Source: Gammaproteobacteria bacterium (GTDB lineage Bacteria > Pseudomonadota > Gammaproteobacteria > JAJFKG01). From it: a DNA stretch of 64,000 nucleotides. The notes below the pieces were generated by a model. It saw only the letters and a list, made by a program, of their open reading frames with translations. It was not told where the DNA came from and did no database searches. The stretch is taken from positions 874,503-938,502 of the forward strand of contig OZ220716.1 in NCBI GenBank assembly GCA_965116795.1, given 5' to 3'. The translations under genes and the position numbers were made by a program. Of this stretch, positions 43,537-53,981 are shown piece by piece. Position 1 is the stretch's first letter. The number at the start of each line of letters is the position of its first letter.

Positions 43537-45291
43537 TTATTCTCCTGATGATTGGATAGGTTGTATATACTCAATAATCAATTGCACAGTTTGATTGCCG
43601 CGGAACTCATTGAGATCCAATCGATAAGCAATATGGATGCATTGTGATAATTGTGGTTGATAATCTAATTTATCTACATTAAATAATAATGCTTCTACTG
43701 CCTTTTCATCTTCTTTAGTGTCACTCAATAACAACTTTAAGTGGTTTTTTCCTAATGTTTGGTAATCCATGACATAAAACTTACCATCGAATAATGGTTC
43801 TGGAAATTGTTGTCCCCAAGGGCCACCATTGCGTATTTGTTTAGCAAAGGATATTGAAAAGTAGTTAGTAGACAGTTCACCATCACTATCGATTTGGCAT
43901 TGCAGTTGTGATGGTTGTAGATGCTGTGCTAATACATCTTCAAAGATATGTTTAAAACGAATAAAGTTATCTTGCTTGATAGATAAACCAGCTGCCATTG
44001 CATGTCCGCCAAATGTTAACAGCAGATCAGGATGTGCGGTGGCAATATCACTTAAACAATCACGCATATGTAAATTTGCAATCGAACGAGCTGATCCTTT
44101 TAATTCATCATCACTGGTTTTGGCAAACGCAATTACCGGGCGATGAAAACGATCTTTTAATCGAGAAGCTACAATGCCAATAACACCTTGATGCCAACTT
44201 GGATCATATAGACATAAACCAGCTGGCATATTAGTTTGTTGGGTATTGATATCGATTGTAGCTAATGCATCCAATGCTTGTTGTTGCATAGTAGTTTCGA
44301 TCACTTTGCGTTGTTGATTTAATTGATCTAAACGTGCGGCTAATTGTCGTGCCTGCAATAGTGATTCTGTTAGCAAGCATTGAATACCAATCGACATATC
44401 TTCTAGGCGACCAGCTGCATTTAACCTGGGGCCTACTGCAAAACCAAGATCAGCACTAACAATGCGACGGAAATCACGTTTGGCAATTGCTAATAATGCA
44501 TTAATGCCAGGACGGGCAAGCCCTTGGCGGATACGTTGCAATCCATGATGCACTAAAATGCGGTTGTTACGATCTAATGGTACAACATCAGCAACCGTAC
44601 CTAATGCGACTAAGTCTAATAATGGTGATAATGCTGGTTGTTCAATATTATGTTGAGCAAACCAATCTATTTCACGTAACTGTCGTCGCAGTGCCACCAT
44701 CAGATAAAACGCAACACCAACACCTGCTAAGCATTTACTGGGAAATAGACAGCCGGGCTGATTAGGATTAATAATCGCATCGGCTAATGGCAAGGTATCA
44801 CCTGGTAAATGGTGATCGGTAATAATGACATTCATGCCATAGTCTTTTGCAGCAGCAACACCATCGATGCTACTGATCCCATTATCAACGGTGATGATCA
44901 GATCAGGTGAAGATTGTTTGGCGACGTCGACGATTTCAGGTGTTAACCCATAACCATAATCAAAACGGTTAGGAACTAAATAATTAACATGTTGAAATCC
45001 TAAAGCATGTAAACCGGATACCATTAATGTACTACTAGTAGCGCCATCTGCGTCAAAATCACCAATAATCATTACTTTTTGTTGTTGGGTTAATGCGTGG
45101 GTTAAGCAGTTAATGGCTTTCTCTATATTTAACAAGCTATCTGCTGGATATAATTGATTAAGATCATGATTTAATTCAGTGATCGATGTGATCCCACGCT
45201 GCTGATAGATCTGTTGTAACATGGGATCTAATGTATCTGACCACAATGTTGTGGTTTCTAATGCGGGACGTCTGACAATGACTTTATCCAT
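43537..45291 (-). CDS. recJ: ssDNA exonuclease RecJ
   Basis: GDFDADG, ITVDNG, TDHH, GTVADVV, PRLNAAGRL, FGGHAMAAG. Confidence 0.97.
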   Translation of the reverse strand: MDKVIVRRPALETTTLWSDTLDPMLQQIYQQRGITSITELNHDLNQLYPADSLLNIEKAINCLTHALTQQQKVMIIGDFDADGATSSTLMVSGLHALGFQHVNYLVPNRFDYGYGLTPEIVDVAKQSSPDLIITVDNGISSIDGVAAAKDYGMNVIITDHHLPGDTLPLADAIINPNQPGCLFPSKCLAGVGVAFYLMVALRRQLREIDWFAQHNIEQPALSPLLDLVALGTVADVVPLDRNNRILVHHGLQRIRQGLARPGINALLAIAKRDFRRIVSADLGFAVGPRLNAAGRLEDMSIGIQCLLTESLLQARQLAARLDQLNQQRKVIETTMQQQALDALATIDINTQQTNMPAGLCLYDPSWHQGVIGIVASRLKDRFHRPVIAFAKTSDDELKGSARSIANLHMRDCLSDIATAHPDLLLTFGGHAMAAGLSIKQDNFIRFKHIFEDVLAQHLQPSQLQCQIDSDGELSTNYFSISFAKQIRNGGPWGQQFPEPLFDGKFYVMDYQTLGKNHLKLLLSDTKEDEKAVEALLFNVDKLDYQPQLSQCIHIAYRLDLNEFRGNQTVQLIIEYIQPIQSSGE

Positions 45292-45293
45292 AA

Positions 45294-45334
45294 TATACTC
45301 TGTGCACTTGAATTGTATGCTTTGTTAGTTGCGC
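45294..45334. repeat. Degenerate terminal fragment of the ERIC-like element
   Basis: tatactctgtgcacttgaattgtatgctttgttagttgcg resembles the left end of 30361-30486. Confidence 0.6.
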
Positions 45335-45352
45335 GATTCTACCACAGCTACG

Positions 45353-46438
45353 TTAATTTAAGTGTTGTTGCAGTATCGTATTGATTGCATTAAGTTCAGG
45401 TTCGACAGTAATAATTGGACTAGTGGCATTGTTGATTGCAATATCTGGATCTTTTAATCCGTGTCCTGTTAATGTGCATACCACAGTGCTACCTGATTTA
45501 ATTTTTTGTTGTTGCAGGGTTTTGTCTAATCCGGCTAGTGATGCAGCCGATGCCGGTTCACAAAAAATGCCATCACATTCGGCTAATAAGCGCTGCATCG
45601 ATAAAATGTCATCATCACTAACGTGATCGAACCAACCGTTGGATTCGTGAGTAGCATTGATTGCTAAATCCCATGATTGTGGACGACCAATGCGGATTGC
45701 AGTGGCAATGGTTTCAGGGTTATCAATGGGATGCCCTGTTAAAAAGGGTGCTGCATTACTGGCTTGAAAGCCAAGCATTGTTGGCAATTGTTTACATAGC
45801 TTGTGTTGATGATATTCTTGGTATCCCATCCAATACGCACTGATGTTACCGGCATTGCCAACTGGCAAGCAATGGTAATCTGGTGCATCGCCTAACACAT
45901 CAACAATTTCAAATGCTGCAGTTTTTTGTCCATGTAACCGATATGGATTTACTGAATTGACTAAGGTAATCGGTAATGCTTGGGTAATTGTTTTCACTAA
46001 TTGCATCGCCTCATCAAAATTACCTTTAATTTGTATAACAGTAGCGCCGTGAATACGTGCTTGCGCTAATTTGCCTAATGCAATATTGCCTTCTGGGATC
46101 AATACAAATGTTGAGATATTAGCTCGTGCTCCGTACGCTGCAGCAGCAGCAGACGTATTTCCAGTCGACGCACACATGATTGCTTGTGTTCCTTCACTAA
46201 CTGCGTGGCTAACAGCAACTGTCATTCCGCGATCTTTAAAGGATCCAGTTGGATTTAGTCCTTCATATTTAACATATACATCAATATCCCAATTAAGTTT
46301 TTTAGGTAAGTTTTGTAATTGAATGAGTGGGGTATTGCCTTCTTGTAAGCTGATGATCGGTGTATCTTTAGTTAATGGCAAGTATTTATGGTAAGTTTCA
46401 ATTAAGCCAGAATAAGCAGTGATTGTTTGTTGACTCAT
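45353..46438 (-). CDS. thrC: Threonine synthase
   Basis: EGNTPL, EGLNPTGSFKDRG, ASTGNTSA, PVGNAGNI, EPASA. Confidence 0.96.
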   Translation of the reverse strand: MSQQTITAYSGLIETYHKYLPLTKDTPIISLQEGNTPLIQLQNLPKKLNWDIDVYVKYEGLNPTGSFKDRGMTVAVSHAVSEGTQAIMCASTGNTSAAAAAYGARANISTFVLIPEGNIALGKLAQARIHGATVIQIKGNFDEAMQLVKTITQALPITLVNSVNPYRLHGQKTAAFEIVDVLGDAPDYHCLPVGNAGNISAYWMGYQEYHQHKLCKQLPTMLGFQASNAAPFLTGHPIDNPETIATAIRIGRPQSWDLAINATHESNGWFDHVSDDDILSMQRLLAECDGIFCEPASAASLAGLDKTLQQQKIKSGSTVVCTLTGHGLKDPDIAINNATSPIITVEPELNAINTILQQHLN

Positions 46439-47277
46439 TATATATTTGTCCTTGCAGGTAATGTATCAATAAAGTCAGTTAATTGTTGTTTTAATGTAGC
46501 TAGTGATGGGATCACATACAAAATAGTTTGCATTTGTGTAGGATCGTAATCTGTACGAATGATGTCGGCAATCGATAATGGACGTCGTTCGACATTTGCT
46601 GAAAAACAATGGGTTAATTCACCGTATGACGATAATAACCCTGCGCCAAATGCTTTAACATCATTATCTTCTTCAAGTAAACCAAATTCGATGGTAAACC
46701 AGTAAATTTTATCCCATTGCCACAATTGTTCATCTTGTGAAAAGCGTACACCATCACCGATTAAACGGGTGATCTCGGTGTATTCTGGATGCACTAATGC
46801 GGGTAAGTGACCTAATACATCGTGCACAGCATCCGGTTCTGGTGTGTATTCTGGATGAGTGTGATATCGAATAAATTGCGTGCATGGCATAATTCCACGG
46901 GCTAAAAATTCGTGAAAATCACGCGTGTCGAGTAATCCTTCTGCTGGCGCTAAATGAATGTCGTGGGTTGCTGCTAAGCGTTGGTCTAGCTCATGCAATT
47001 GTGGCATGTGATCGGGATCTAATTGCAATATTGTTTTCCCAGTTAAATAACCAGACCATGCGTATTGTTGTTGCAGTGGGGCTAGCTTTTGAGAAACCTG
47101 TGCCCAGACGGCGTGTTCTTCCGGTGTGTAATCGATAATGGGTAATTCTTTATGGTGTAAACGGTAGTCACGTGAGGTATCGAAGAAGTATTGGCGTCTA
47201 GCAATGTAATTTGCATCATCTCGTCCTGGATGTTTCGGATCAATAACTAACTGTTGTGGACTGTTGTCGGTTGTCAT
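46438..47277 (-). CDS. phhA: Pterin-dependent aromatic amino acid hydroxylase (probable phenylalanine 4-monooxygenase)
   Basis: CTQFIR, YTPEPDAVHDVLGH, YWFTIEFGL, GAGLLSSYGE; His-His-Glu iron ligands present. Confidence 0.88.
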   Translation of the reverse strand: MTTDNSPQQLVIDPKHPGRDDANYIARRQYFFDTSRDYRLHHKELPIIDYTPEEHAVWAQVSQKLAPLQQQYAWSGYLTGKTILQLDPDHMPQLHELDQRLAATHDIHLAPAEGLLDTRDFHEFLARGIMPCTQFIRYHTHPEYTPEPDAVHDVLGHLPALVHPEYTEITRLIGDGVRFSQDEQLWQWDKIYWFTIEFGLLEEDNDVKAFGAGLLSSYGELTHCFSANVERRPLSIADIIRTDYDPTQMQTILYVIPSLATLKQQLTDFIDTLPARTNI

Positions 47278-47350
47278 CGGTGTGGTAATACTCTTTGTTT
47301 GTGAAATTTTTTGTTTATTTCAACATGCTCACAATCATTATTGCTATTAT

Positions 47351-47426
47351 CTGCGGGTCCTGTCACTGGATTTCTCCCCGTCACCCTCGCAAACTCGTGT
47401 GCCCCTAAATCCAGTGCCACCCGCAG
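47351..47426. other. GC-rich imperfect hairpin in the phhA upstream region
   Basis: ctgcgggt...acccgcag and cactggattt...aaatccagtg nested stems. Confidence 0.7.
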
Positions 47427-47497
47427 TTGTTCTCATATTAGTATTGTAATACTTATTAATTGCGTTAATTTTGATGATGTATATTACTCAAAAACAA

Positions 47498-47545
47498 CGT
47501 CATTCTGGAGAGCGTATGGAATACGTGAGTCCAGAATCCAGTCTT
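47498..47545. repeat. REP-like element family D, copy 1
   Basis: cgtcattctggagagcgtatggaatacgtgagtccagaatccagtctt; 46/48 identical to 50182-50229. Confidence 0.85.
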
Positions 47546-47591
47546 CTATGAAAGCGACTACTGTATGTTTTAGCTACTCTCATTCAATATT

Positions 47592-48908
47592 CTATTGCTC
47601 AAATACGTCTGTTTCAACTGGAATGGCTAATATCTCTGATTTTACCCCAGCTAATGCTGCAATATCGGTTAATGCAGCCTGCTTCGCTTTGCCACTTGTT
47701 GGGTGGGTCAGTATGATAATATAAACAAAATCAGTATCAGCAAGCCGGTCTTTTTGTAGAATAGCTTCAATGCTCACTTGATATTGGCCGAGGATTTGAG
47801 TGATATTAGCTAGCACGCCAGTTTGGTCGCGTACTAACAAGCGAATGTAATAACGTGTCTGAATAGCATCTTCACTGATAATGGGTGTATTAGTTAATGC
47901 ATCGTATGGTAACAATAATGGTGGGATCCGCTTTGCTGGTGCTATTTGCATTGCTCTTGCCATGTCGATCAAATCGGCGACAACAGACGATGCTGTGGGT
48001 AACATGCCGGCACCCGCACCGTAGTATAAACTGTGTCCCAATGCATCACTGTTTACCCAAACACTGTTCATTACACCATTAACATGTGCAAGCAAACAAT
48101 CAGTTGGAATACACGTTGGGTGTACACGTAATTCAATGCTATTAGTGTGTTTACGTGCAAACCCGAGATGTTTAATGGTAAAGCCTAATTCGGTGGCGTA
48201 ACGTAAATCTGACAAGGTAATATTGCGAATACCTTGTGTGCTGATAGTATTTAATTGCAATGGAATTGCGAAAGCTAATGCAGATAAGATTGTTAGTTTG
48301 TGTGCTGCATCAATACCATCTACATCTAAACTAGGTTCAGCTTCGGCATACCCTAGTTGTTGTGCACTGGCTAATACATCAGAAAATTCACGTTGCTCTT
48401 GTTGCATCGCAGTTAAAATATAATTGCTGGTACCATTTAAAATCCCAGCTAGGCAATGGATTTGGTTAGCTGCCAATCCTTCACGTAATGTTTTAATAAT
48501 TGGGATCCCACCGGCAACTGCTGCCTCAAATAATACAAGTACACCTTTTTCATCAGCACGTTTAAAAATAGTATTACCGTGTTCGGCAATCAATGCCTTA
48601 TTAGCAGTGATAATGTGTTTGCCATTATCGATTGCACGTAGTACGTACGTTAGCGCATCGGTTGTACCACCGATTAATTCAACCACGATATCAATGGTTG
48701 GATCATCGATAATAGTTGTTGGATCGTCGGTTAAATTCAATGAGTTGGTATCACAGTCACGTGGCTGTTTTAAATTGCGTATACTGGCTGTGGTGATATT
48801 CAATTGACAGCCTGCACGTTGAGAAATCAATTTATTGTTGTTAATTACATTAACAACACCACTGCTAACAGTACCTAAGCCTAATAGGCCGATGTTAATA
48901 GTTTGCAT
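47592..48908 (-). CDS. hom: Homoserine dehydrogenase
   Basis: [41 protein letters not shown]-terminal ACT domain; ATG 48908 preferred. Confidence 0.96.
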   Translation of the reverse strand: MQTINIGLLGLGTVSSGVVNVINNNKLISQRAGCQLNITTASIRNLKQPRDCDTNSLNLTDDPTTIIDDPTIDIVVELIGGTTDALTYVLRAIDNGKHIITANKALIAEHGNTIFKRADEKGVLVLFEAAVAGGIPIIKTLREGLAANQIHCLAGILNGTSNYILTAMQQEQREFSDVLASAQQLGYAEAEPSLDVDGIDAAHKLTILSALAFAIPLQLNTISTQGIRNITLSDLRYATELGFTIKHLGFARKHTNSIELRVHPTCIPTDCLLAHVNGVMNSVWVNSDALGHSLYYGAGAGMLPTASSVVADLIDMARAMQIAPAKRIPPLLLPYDALTNTPIISEDAIQTRYYIRLLVRDQTGVLANITQILGQYQVSIEAILQKDRLADTDFVYIIILTHPTSGKAKQAALTDIAALAGVKSEILAIPVETDVFEQ

Positions 48909-50097
48909 AATTATCAATGATTCCATCCTGTCTGAACATTCGTTTAATATTACGTCCTGCTTGACGAATACGTTGTCGATTTTCAATTAAACTGAAACGC
49001 ACGTAATCATCACCATGTTTACCAAAACCGATTCCAGGTGAGACGGCAACATGTGCGTGTTGTAGTAAGTGTTTAGAAAACTCTAATGATTTCATATCAC
49101 GATAATGAGCTGGAATTTTGGCCCAGACAAACATCGTCGCTTTAGGAGGTGTTACTGTCCAACCTGCTTGATTTAATTGTTCACATAACACATCACGCCG
49201 CTGTTTATAACGCTGACAGATTTCAGTCACGCAATCTTGAGGACCTTCTAGTGCGGTGATCGCAGCGACTTGAATCGGGGTAAACGTGCCGTAATCAAAA
49301 TACGATTTAATTTGTTTTAATGCACCGACTAATGTTGGATTGCCACACATAAAGCCTACGCGCCAACCTGGCATGTTATAACTTTTGGATAAGGTATAAC
49401 TTTCAATAGCAATGTCTTTAGCACCAGGAACTTGTAATATCGAAGGAGCTTGATAACCGTCAAATGTAATATCTGCATACGCTAAATCATGTACTACCCA
49501 AATACGGTGTTGTTTGGCAATCGCAACAATCTTTTCAAAAAAATCGATATCAACACAGTGTGTTGTTGGATTAGACGGAAAGTTTAATACCAACATTTTA
49601 GGGTGTGGCCAACAATGAGTAATCGCATCTTCCAATTCAGCAAAAAAATCTTGATCAGGTAAGATCGGTACGTGACGAATATCAGCGCCAGCAATGATAA
49701 AACCATAAGGATGGATTGGGTAAGCAGGGTTTGGTACTAACACAGTATCACCGGCATCTACTGTCGCCAAGGCTAAATGCGCCAAGCCTTCTTTAGAGCC
49801 AATTGTCACGATGGCTTCATTATTTTTATCTAACGTAACGTCATAGCGAGTTTTATACCAGTGACAAATGGCTTGACGTAAACGTGGTAACCCTTGTGAT
49901 GTTGAATAGCGATGTGTATCAGGGCGTTGTACGGTTTCAGTTAATTTGTCAACAATGTGTTGAGGAGTGCCTTGATCAGGATTCCCCATGCCAAAATCGA
50001 TAATATCTTCGCCACGTGCGCGTGCTTGCATACGCAATTCACCGACAATGTTAAATACATAAGGTGGTAGGCGTTTAATCCGATTAAATTCGCTCAT
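48895..50097 (-). CDS. alaC: Alanine transaminase AlaC-like class I PLP aminotransferase
   Basis: [41 protein letters not shown]. Confidence 0.9.
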   Translation of the reverse strand: MSEFNRIKRLPPYVFNIVGELRMQARARGEDIIDFGMGNPDQGTPQHIVDKLTETVQRPDTHRYSTSQGLPRLRQAICHWYKTRYDVTLDKNNEAIVTIGSKEGLAHLALATVDAGDTVLVPNPAYPIHPYGFIIAGADIRHVPILPDQDFFAELEDAITHCWPHPKMLVLNFPSNPTTHCVDIDFFEKIVAIAKQHRIWVVHDLAYADITFDGYQAPSILQVPGAKDIAIESYTLSKSYNMPGWRVGFMCGNPTLVGALKQIKSYFDYGTFTPIQVAAITALEGPQDCVTEICQRYKQRRDVLCEQLNQAGWTVTPPKATMFVWAKIPAHYRDMKSLEFSKHLLQHAHVAVSPGIGFGKHGDDYVRFSLIENRQRIRQAGRNIKRMFRQDGIIDNYANY

Positions 50098-50181
50098 AAA
50101 TGGTGTTTGTTTAACGTATTAAAGAGAGGTAATAATAACATCCTGCTATTGTTTTTGATACCCTGGTTTTACTTAGTATAC

Positions 50182-50229
50182 CGTCATTCTGGAGAGCGTA
50201 TGGAATACGCGAGTCCAGAATCTAGTCTT
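50182..50229. repeat. REP-like element family D, copy 2
   Basis: cgtcattctggagagcgtatggaatacgcgagtccagaatctagtctt. Confidence 0.85.
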
Positions 50230-50365
50230 TATGTAAATGATAATTAAAATTTAAATAGTATAAATAAATTTGCACTAACAACACATGGCAATTAGAATTA
50301 TTGTTAATAAACATTTTTTGGCTACTATGCGGTAGCTTACACAAATACAAAATAGATGGTGGTAT

Positions 50366-50746
50366 ATGGAACTCATTCAAGACAGTAGTGGTGGCAACTA
50401 TCATATTTTCGGTTATGGCCAGGGGTATGTACAAGTTAATCAAGATAAATTAACCGATAGCTTTATCATTAGCCCTAATCAATTACTATCACCATGGCAA
50501 GTTGCCACAGCAAATCAATTAACCGAATCACAATTGCAATGTGTTCTGACAATTAATCCACAACCTGCATTAGTGTTATTAGGTACTGGTAATACTGCAG
50601 TTTTTCTTGATCCAACATTACTTAACATTTTCTATCAACGTCAGATTGGGATTGAAATCATGACAACGCCGGCTGCGTGTCGCACCTATACTGTGTTAAC
50701 TACGGAAGGGCGTGATGTAGTGTGCGCGATTATTGTTGAATGTTAA
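50366..50746 (+). CDS. Mth938-like (DUF498) protein
   Basis: LVLLGTG, IGIEIMTT.AACRTY.VL..EGR.V. Confidence 0.9.
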   Translation: MELIQDSSGGNYHIFGYGQGYVQVNQDKLTDSFIISPNQLLSPWQVATANQLTESQLQCVLTINPQPALVLLGTGNTAVFLDPTLLNIFYQRQIGIEIMTTPAACRTYTVLTTEGRDVVCAIIVEC

Positions 50747-50761
50747 TATTGTTTTCTACGA

Positions 50762-50780
50762 TAGTTTTTCAGAAAAACTA
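50762..50780. repeat. Short palindrome resembling fused ends of family C; contains the corC-like stop codon
   Basis: tagtttttc-a-gaaaaacta versus family C end tatagcttttcagaaaa. Confidence 0.45.
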
Positions 50781-52031
50781 TAACGGTGGCCAAATACGGG
50801 CAAGTTTAACCATGTTTTCTTTTACTGCTAACACTTCGATAGGGTAACTCTCGATACGTACACCAATGCCGACAGTTGGGATTGTTTCTAACTGTTCTAC
50901 GATTAATCCATTGACGGTTTTAGGGCCATTAGTGGGTAATTGCCATTGCATTAATCGATTAATTTCACGTAAATTGGCTTCGCCTGCCACTAAAATAGTC
51001 CCATCCGGTTGTGGGTGAATCTCTATATCAATAGTCGATGTGTCACTGCTAAATTCACCGACGATTTCTGCCAAGATATTTTCAATGGTAATTAACCCTT
51101 GAATATCACCATATTCATCAACAACTAACGCACTACGTTGTTGCTCTTTTTCAAAATTTAACAATTGACTGTGTAATGGTGTGCTCTCTGGAATAAAATA
51201 AGCGGGTTTAGTTAAGCGTAATACATTCTTTTTGCTAAATTTGTTGATTGCAATAAATTTTACTGCTTCACGCACTTGTAACATACCTTTAACATTATCG
51301 ATATTACGGTTATACACTGGTAATCGATTGTATTTAGCATGGATAATTTGATTAATAATAGTTGATAACGGTTTACTAATATCAATGCCAACGATTTCAT
51401 TACGCGTTGCCATCACATCATTAACCGTAACCCGTTCCAAATCGAGTATGCGTAACAACATATCTTGGTGATGTGATGAAATATGACCACTAGATTCATG
51501 TACTAAAGTGCGTAACTCATCACTGCTTAATGCATCTACTCGTTTTGTATTGACATTAAATCCAAAGATGCTCAACAATCCATTAGCTATTGCATTGGTT
51601 ATCCAAACAATTGGATATAGCAATTTTAATAAAAATTGTAATGGCAGCGATACAATAAATGCGAAACGTTCTGGGCGTAATGCAGCAACAGTTTTCGGGG
51701 TGATTTCGGCGAAAATTAAAATAATTAGGGTTAACAAAATGGTAGCTAATAACACACCAATTTCACCGAACCAATAAGTGGCTAGTCGAGTTGCTAACGC
51801 TGCAGCAAGAATGTTAGCAAATGTGTTGCCGATTAAGATCACACCGAGCAGACGGTCTGGGCGTTGTAATAATTTTTGCGCGCGTTTTGCAGCACGGTGT
51901 TGCTGGCGTACTAAGTGACGTAACCGGTAACGGTTAAGCGACATCATGCCGATTTCAGAACCAGAGAAAAATGCTGATACTAATATCAATAATAATAAAC
52001 TCAGTAGTAGTAATTCGCTTGAGATCGTCAT
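50778..52031 (-). CDS. HlyC/CorC (CNNM-CBS-CorC) transporter, YfjD/CorB-like
   Basis: SAFFSGSE, ILIGNTFAN, FAEITPK, VVDEYGDIQG, GPKTVNGL. Confidence 0.92.
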   Translation of the reverse strand: MTISSELLLLSLLLLILVSAFFSGSEIGMMSLNRYRLRHLVRQQHRAAKRAQKLLQRPDRLLGVILIGNTFANILAAALATRLATYWFGEIGVLLATILLTLIILIFAEITPKTVAALRPERFAFIVSLPLQFLLKLLYPIVWITNAIANGLLSIFGFNVNTKRVDALSSDELRTLVHESSGHISSHHQDMLLRILDLERVTVNDVMATRNEIVGIDISKPLSTIINQIIHAKYNRLPVYNRNIDNVKGMLQVREAVKFIAINKFSKKNVLRLTKPAYFIPESTPLHSQLLNFEKEQQRSALVVDEYGDIQGLITIENILAEIVGEFSSDTSTIDIEIHPQPDGTILVAGEANLREINRLMQWQLPTNGPKTVNGLIVEQLETIPTVGIGVRIESYPIEVLAVKENMVKLARIWPPL

Positions 52032-52210
52032 ACTGTCCTTTGTGTTATTGCCCAGCTTCGCCTACGGCTACGCCGAGGCCTGTTTCTAATTCTAGTGAGT
52101 GAATTGGCCCCGGTCAATTGACAGTCGATAGTGAGAATCCATTGATTTTCAAGTATACTCCGTTGCCAGTTGAGTTTTTAGCCACTAAAGATAACGTAGC
52201 AGAGATCCCC

Positions 52211-53575
52211 ATGTTTGATAATTTAAGTCAGCGTTTACATAAGTCATTACAAAAAATCAGTGGCAAAGGGCGTTTAACCTTTGACAATATCAAAGATACG
52301 CTAAAAGATATCCGCAAAGCATTGCTCGAAGCAGATGTTGCCTGGTCAGTGGCAAAACCGTTTTTGGATGATGTGCGTAAACGTGCAATTGGACGTGAAG
52401 TTACAAAAAGCATTAACCCTAGCCAGACATTTGTGAAAATCGTGCAGCAAGAATTAACGGCAGTGATGGGTGAAGCAAATGAAACATTAAATTTGGCTAC
52501 AACCCCACCTGCAGTGATTTTAGTTGCTGGTTTACAAGGTTCGGGTAAAACCACCAGTGTGGCGAAGTTGGCGCGCTATTTACAAGAACGTGAAAAAAAG
52601 TCAGTGTTAGTTGCCAGTGTTGATATCTACCGACCAGCAGCGATCCAACAATTAGAAACATTGGCTACTGAAATCGGCGCACAGTTTTTTCCAAGTAATT
52701 CGCAACACAAACCAGTGGATATTGCAGTGGCAGCCATTAAACATGCGAAACAACAGTATGTTGATGTTGTGATTATCGATACGGCAGGACGGTTGCACAT
52801 TGATGCTGAAATGATGCAAGAAGTGACTGCGATTCATCACGCCATTGATCCGATTGAAACGTTATTTGTTGTTGATAGCATGACTGGCCAAGATGCTGCA
52901 AATACCGCCAAAGCGTTTAACGATGCGTTACCATTAACCGGTGTCGTATTAACTAAAACTGATGGTGATGCACGCGGTGGTGCAGCGTTATCGGTACGAA
53001 TGATTACTGACAAACCGATTAAGTTTTTAGGCACAGGTGAAAAAACCGACGCCTTAGAACCGTTTCATCCAGAACGCATTGCATCGCGTATTCTTGGCAT
53101 GGGTGATGTGGTGAGTTTAGTTGAAGAAGCCGAACGCCATTTAGATGAGAAAAAAACTGAGAAAATGGTGAAGAAGCTTAAAAAAGGTCGTGGATTTAAC
53201 TTAGAAGATTTTCGTGATCAATTACAACAAATGCGTAACATGGGCGGGTTGACCAGCTTATTAGGGAAATTGCCTGGCATGGGGCAATTACCTGCTGGCT
53301 CGCCAAGTCAACTCGATGATAAGCAATTTATCCGATTCGAAGCGATGATTAATTCAATGACTAAAGGAGAACGTCGCGATCCAACCATCATCGATGCATC
53401 ACGTAAACGTCGTATTAGTCGTGGTTCAGGTACCGAACCACAAGATGTTAACCGGCTGTTAAAGCAATTCAAGCAAATGCAGAAAATGATGAAGAAAGTC
53501 GGACGCGGTGGCATGGGTAATCTATTAAATGGCTTGGGTGGGAAATTGCCGCCTGGCTTAGACGGAATGCAGTAG
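52211..53575 (+). CDS. ffh: Signal recognition particle protein
   Basis: MFDNLS.RL, GLQGSGKTT, DTAGR, TKTDGDARGG, RILGMGD; ATG 52211. Confidence 0.98.
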   Translation: MFDNLSQRLHKSLQKISGKGRLTFDNIKDTLKDIRKALLEADVAWSVAKPFLDDVRKRAIGREVTKSINPSQTFVKIVQQELTAVMGEANETLNLATTPPAVILVAGLQGSGKTTSVAKLARYLQEREKKSVLVASVDIYRPAAIQQLETLATEIGAQFFPSNSQHKPVDIAVAAIKHAKQQYVDVVIIDTAGRLHIDAEMMQEVTAIHHAIDPIETLFVVDSMTGQDAANTAKAFNDALPLTGVVLTKTDGDARGGAALSVRMITDKPIKFLGTGEKTDALEPFHPERIASRILGMGDVVSLVEEAERHLDEKKTEKMVKKLKKGRGFNLEDFRDQLQQMRNMGGLTSLLGKLPGMGQLPAGSPSQLDDKQFIRFEAMINSMTKGERRDPTIIDASRKRRISRGSGTEPQDVNRLLKQFKQMQKMMKKVGRGGMGNLLNGLGGKLPPGLDGMQ

Positions 53576-53608
53576 TAGGTATTGCTCAAATTTAGCAATG
53601 TTTTGTTA

Positions 53609-53637
53609 TTGCACGTCACCAACGAACACGCTAGAAT
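53609..53637 (+). promoter_or_regulatory. Putative sigma70 promoter of the rpsP operon
   Basis: TTGCAC-17 bp-TAGAAT. Confidence 0.6.
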
Positions 53638-53685
53638 GACGACCTTTTTGGCAATATACAGTTGGATTTGTGAGAGGAATTAACC

Positions 53686-53958
53686 ATGGTAGTCATTCGT
53701 TTAGCACGCACTGGAGCTAAGAAACGGCCTTTTTATCATGTGGTTGTCGCTGATAAGCGCATGCCGCGTGATGGTCGTTATATCGAGCGTTTAGGGTATT
53801 TTAACCCGATTGCTACTGGCCAAGAAATTCCACTTTGTTTAAAAACAGACCGTGTTGACTATTGGTTATCCCAAGGTGCCCAGCCAAGTGAACGGGTGCA
53901 AAGCTTATTAAAAGACTGGAAAAAGCAAAGCAGTCGTGTTGCTGAACAAGCTGCATAA
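53686..53958 (+). CDS. rpsP: 30S ribosomal protein S16
   Basis: [30 protein letters not shown]. Confidence 0.98.
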   Translation: MVVIRLARTGAKKRPFYHVVVADKRMPRDGRYIERLGYFNPIATGQEIPLCLKTDRVDYWLSQGAQPSERVQSLLKDWKKQSSRVAEQAA

Positions 53959-53981
53959 GTATTGATGTAGGTCATTTTGTT

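Noticed and set aside
47311-47724. 137-aa plus-strand ORF between phhA and hom
   Set aside because: Runs through a hairpin, a REP-like repeat and the antisense of hom; TTG start, no motif
52055-52079. Small GC hairpin containing gcctacggcta, also seen near 30599
   Set aside because: Only 11 bp shared; too short to define a family from this window
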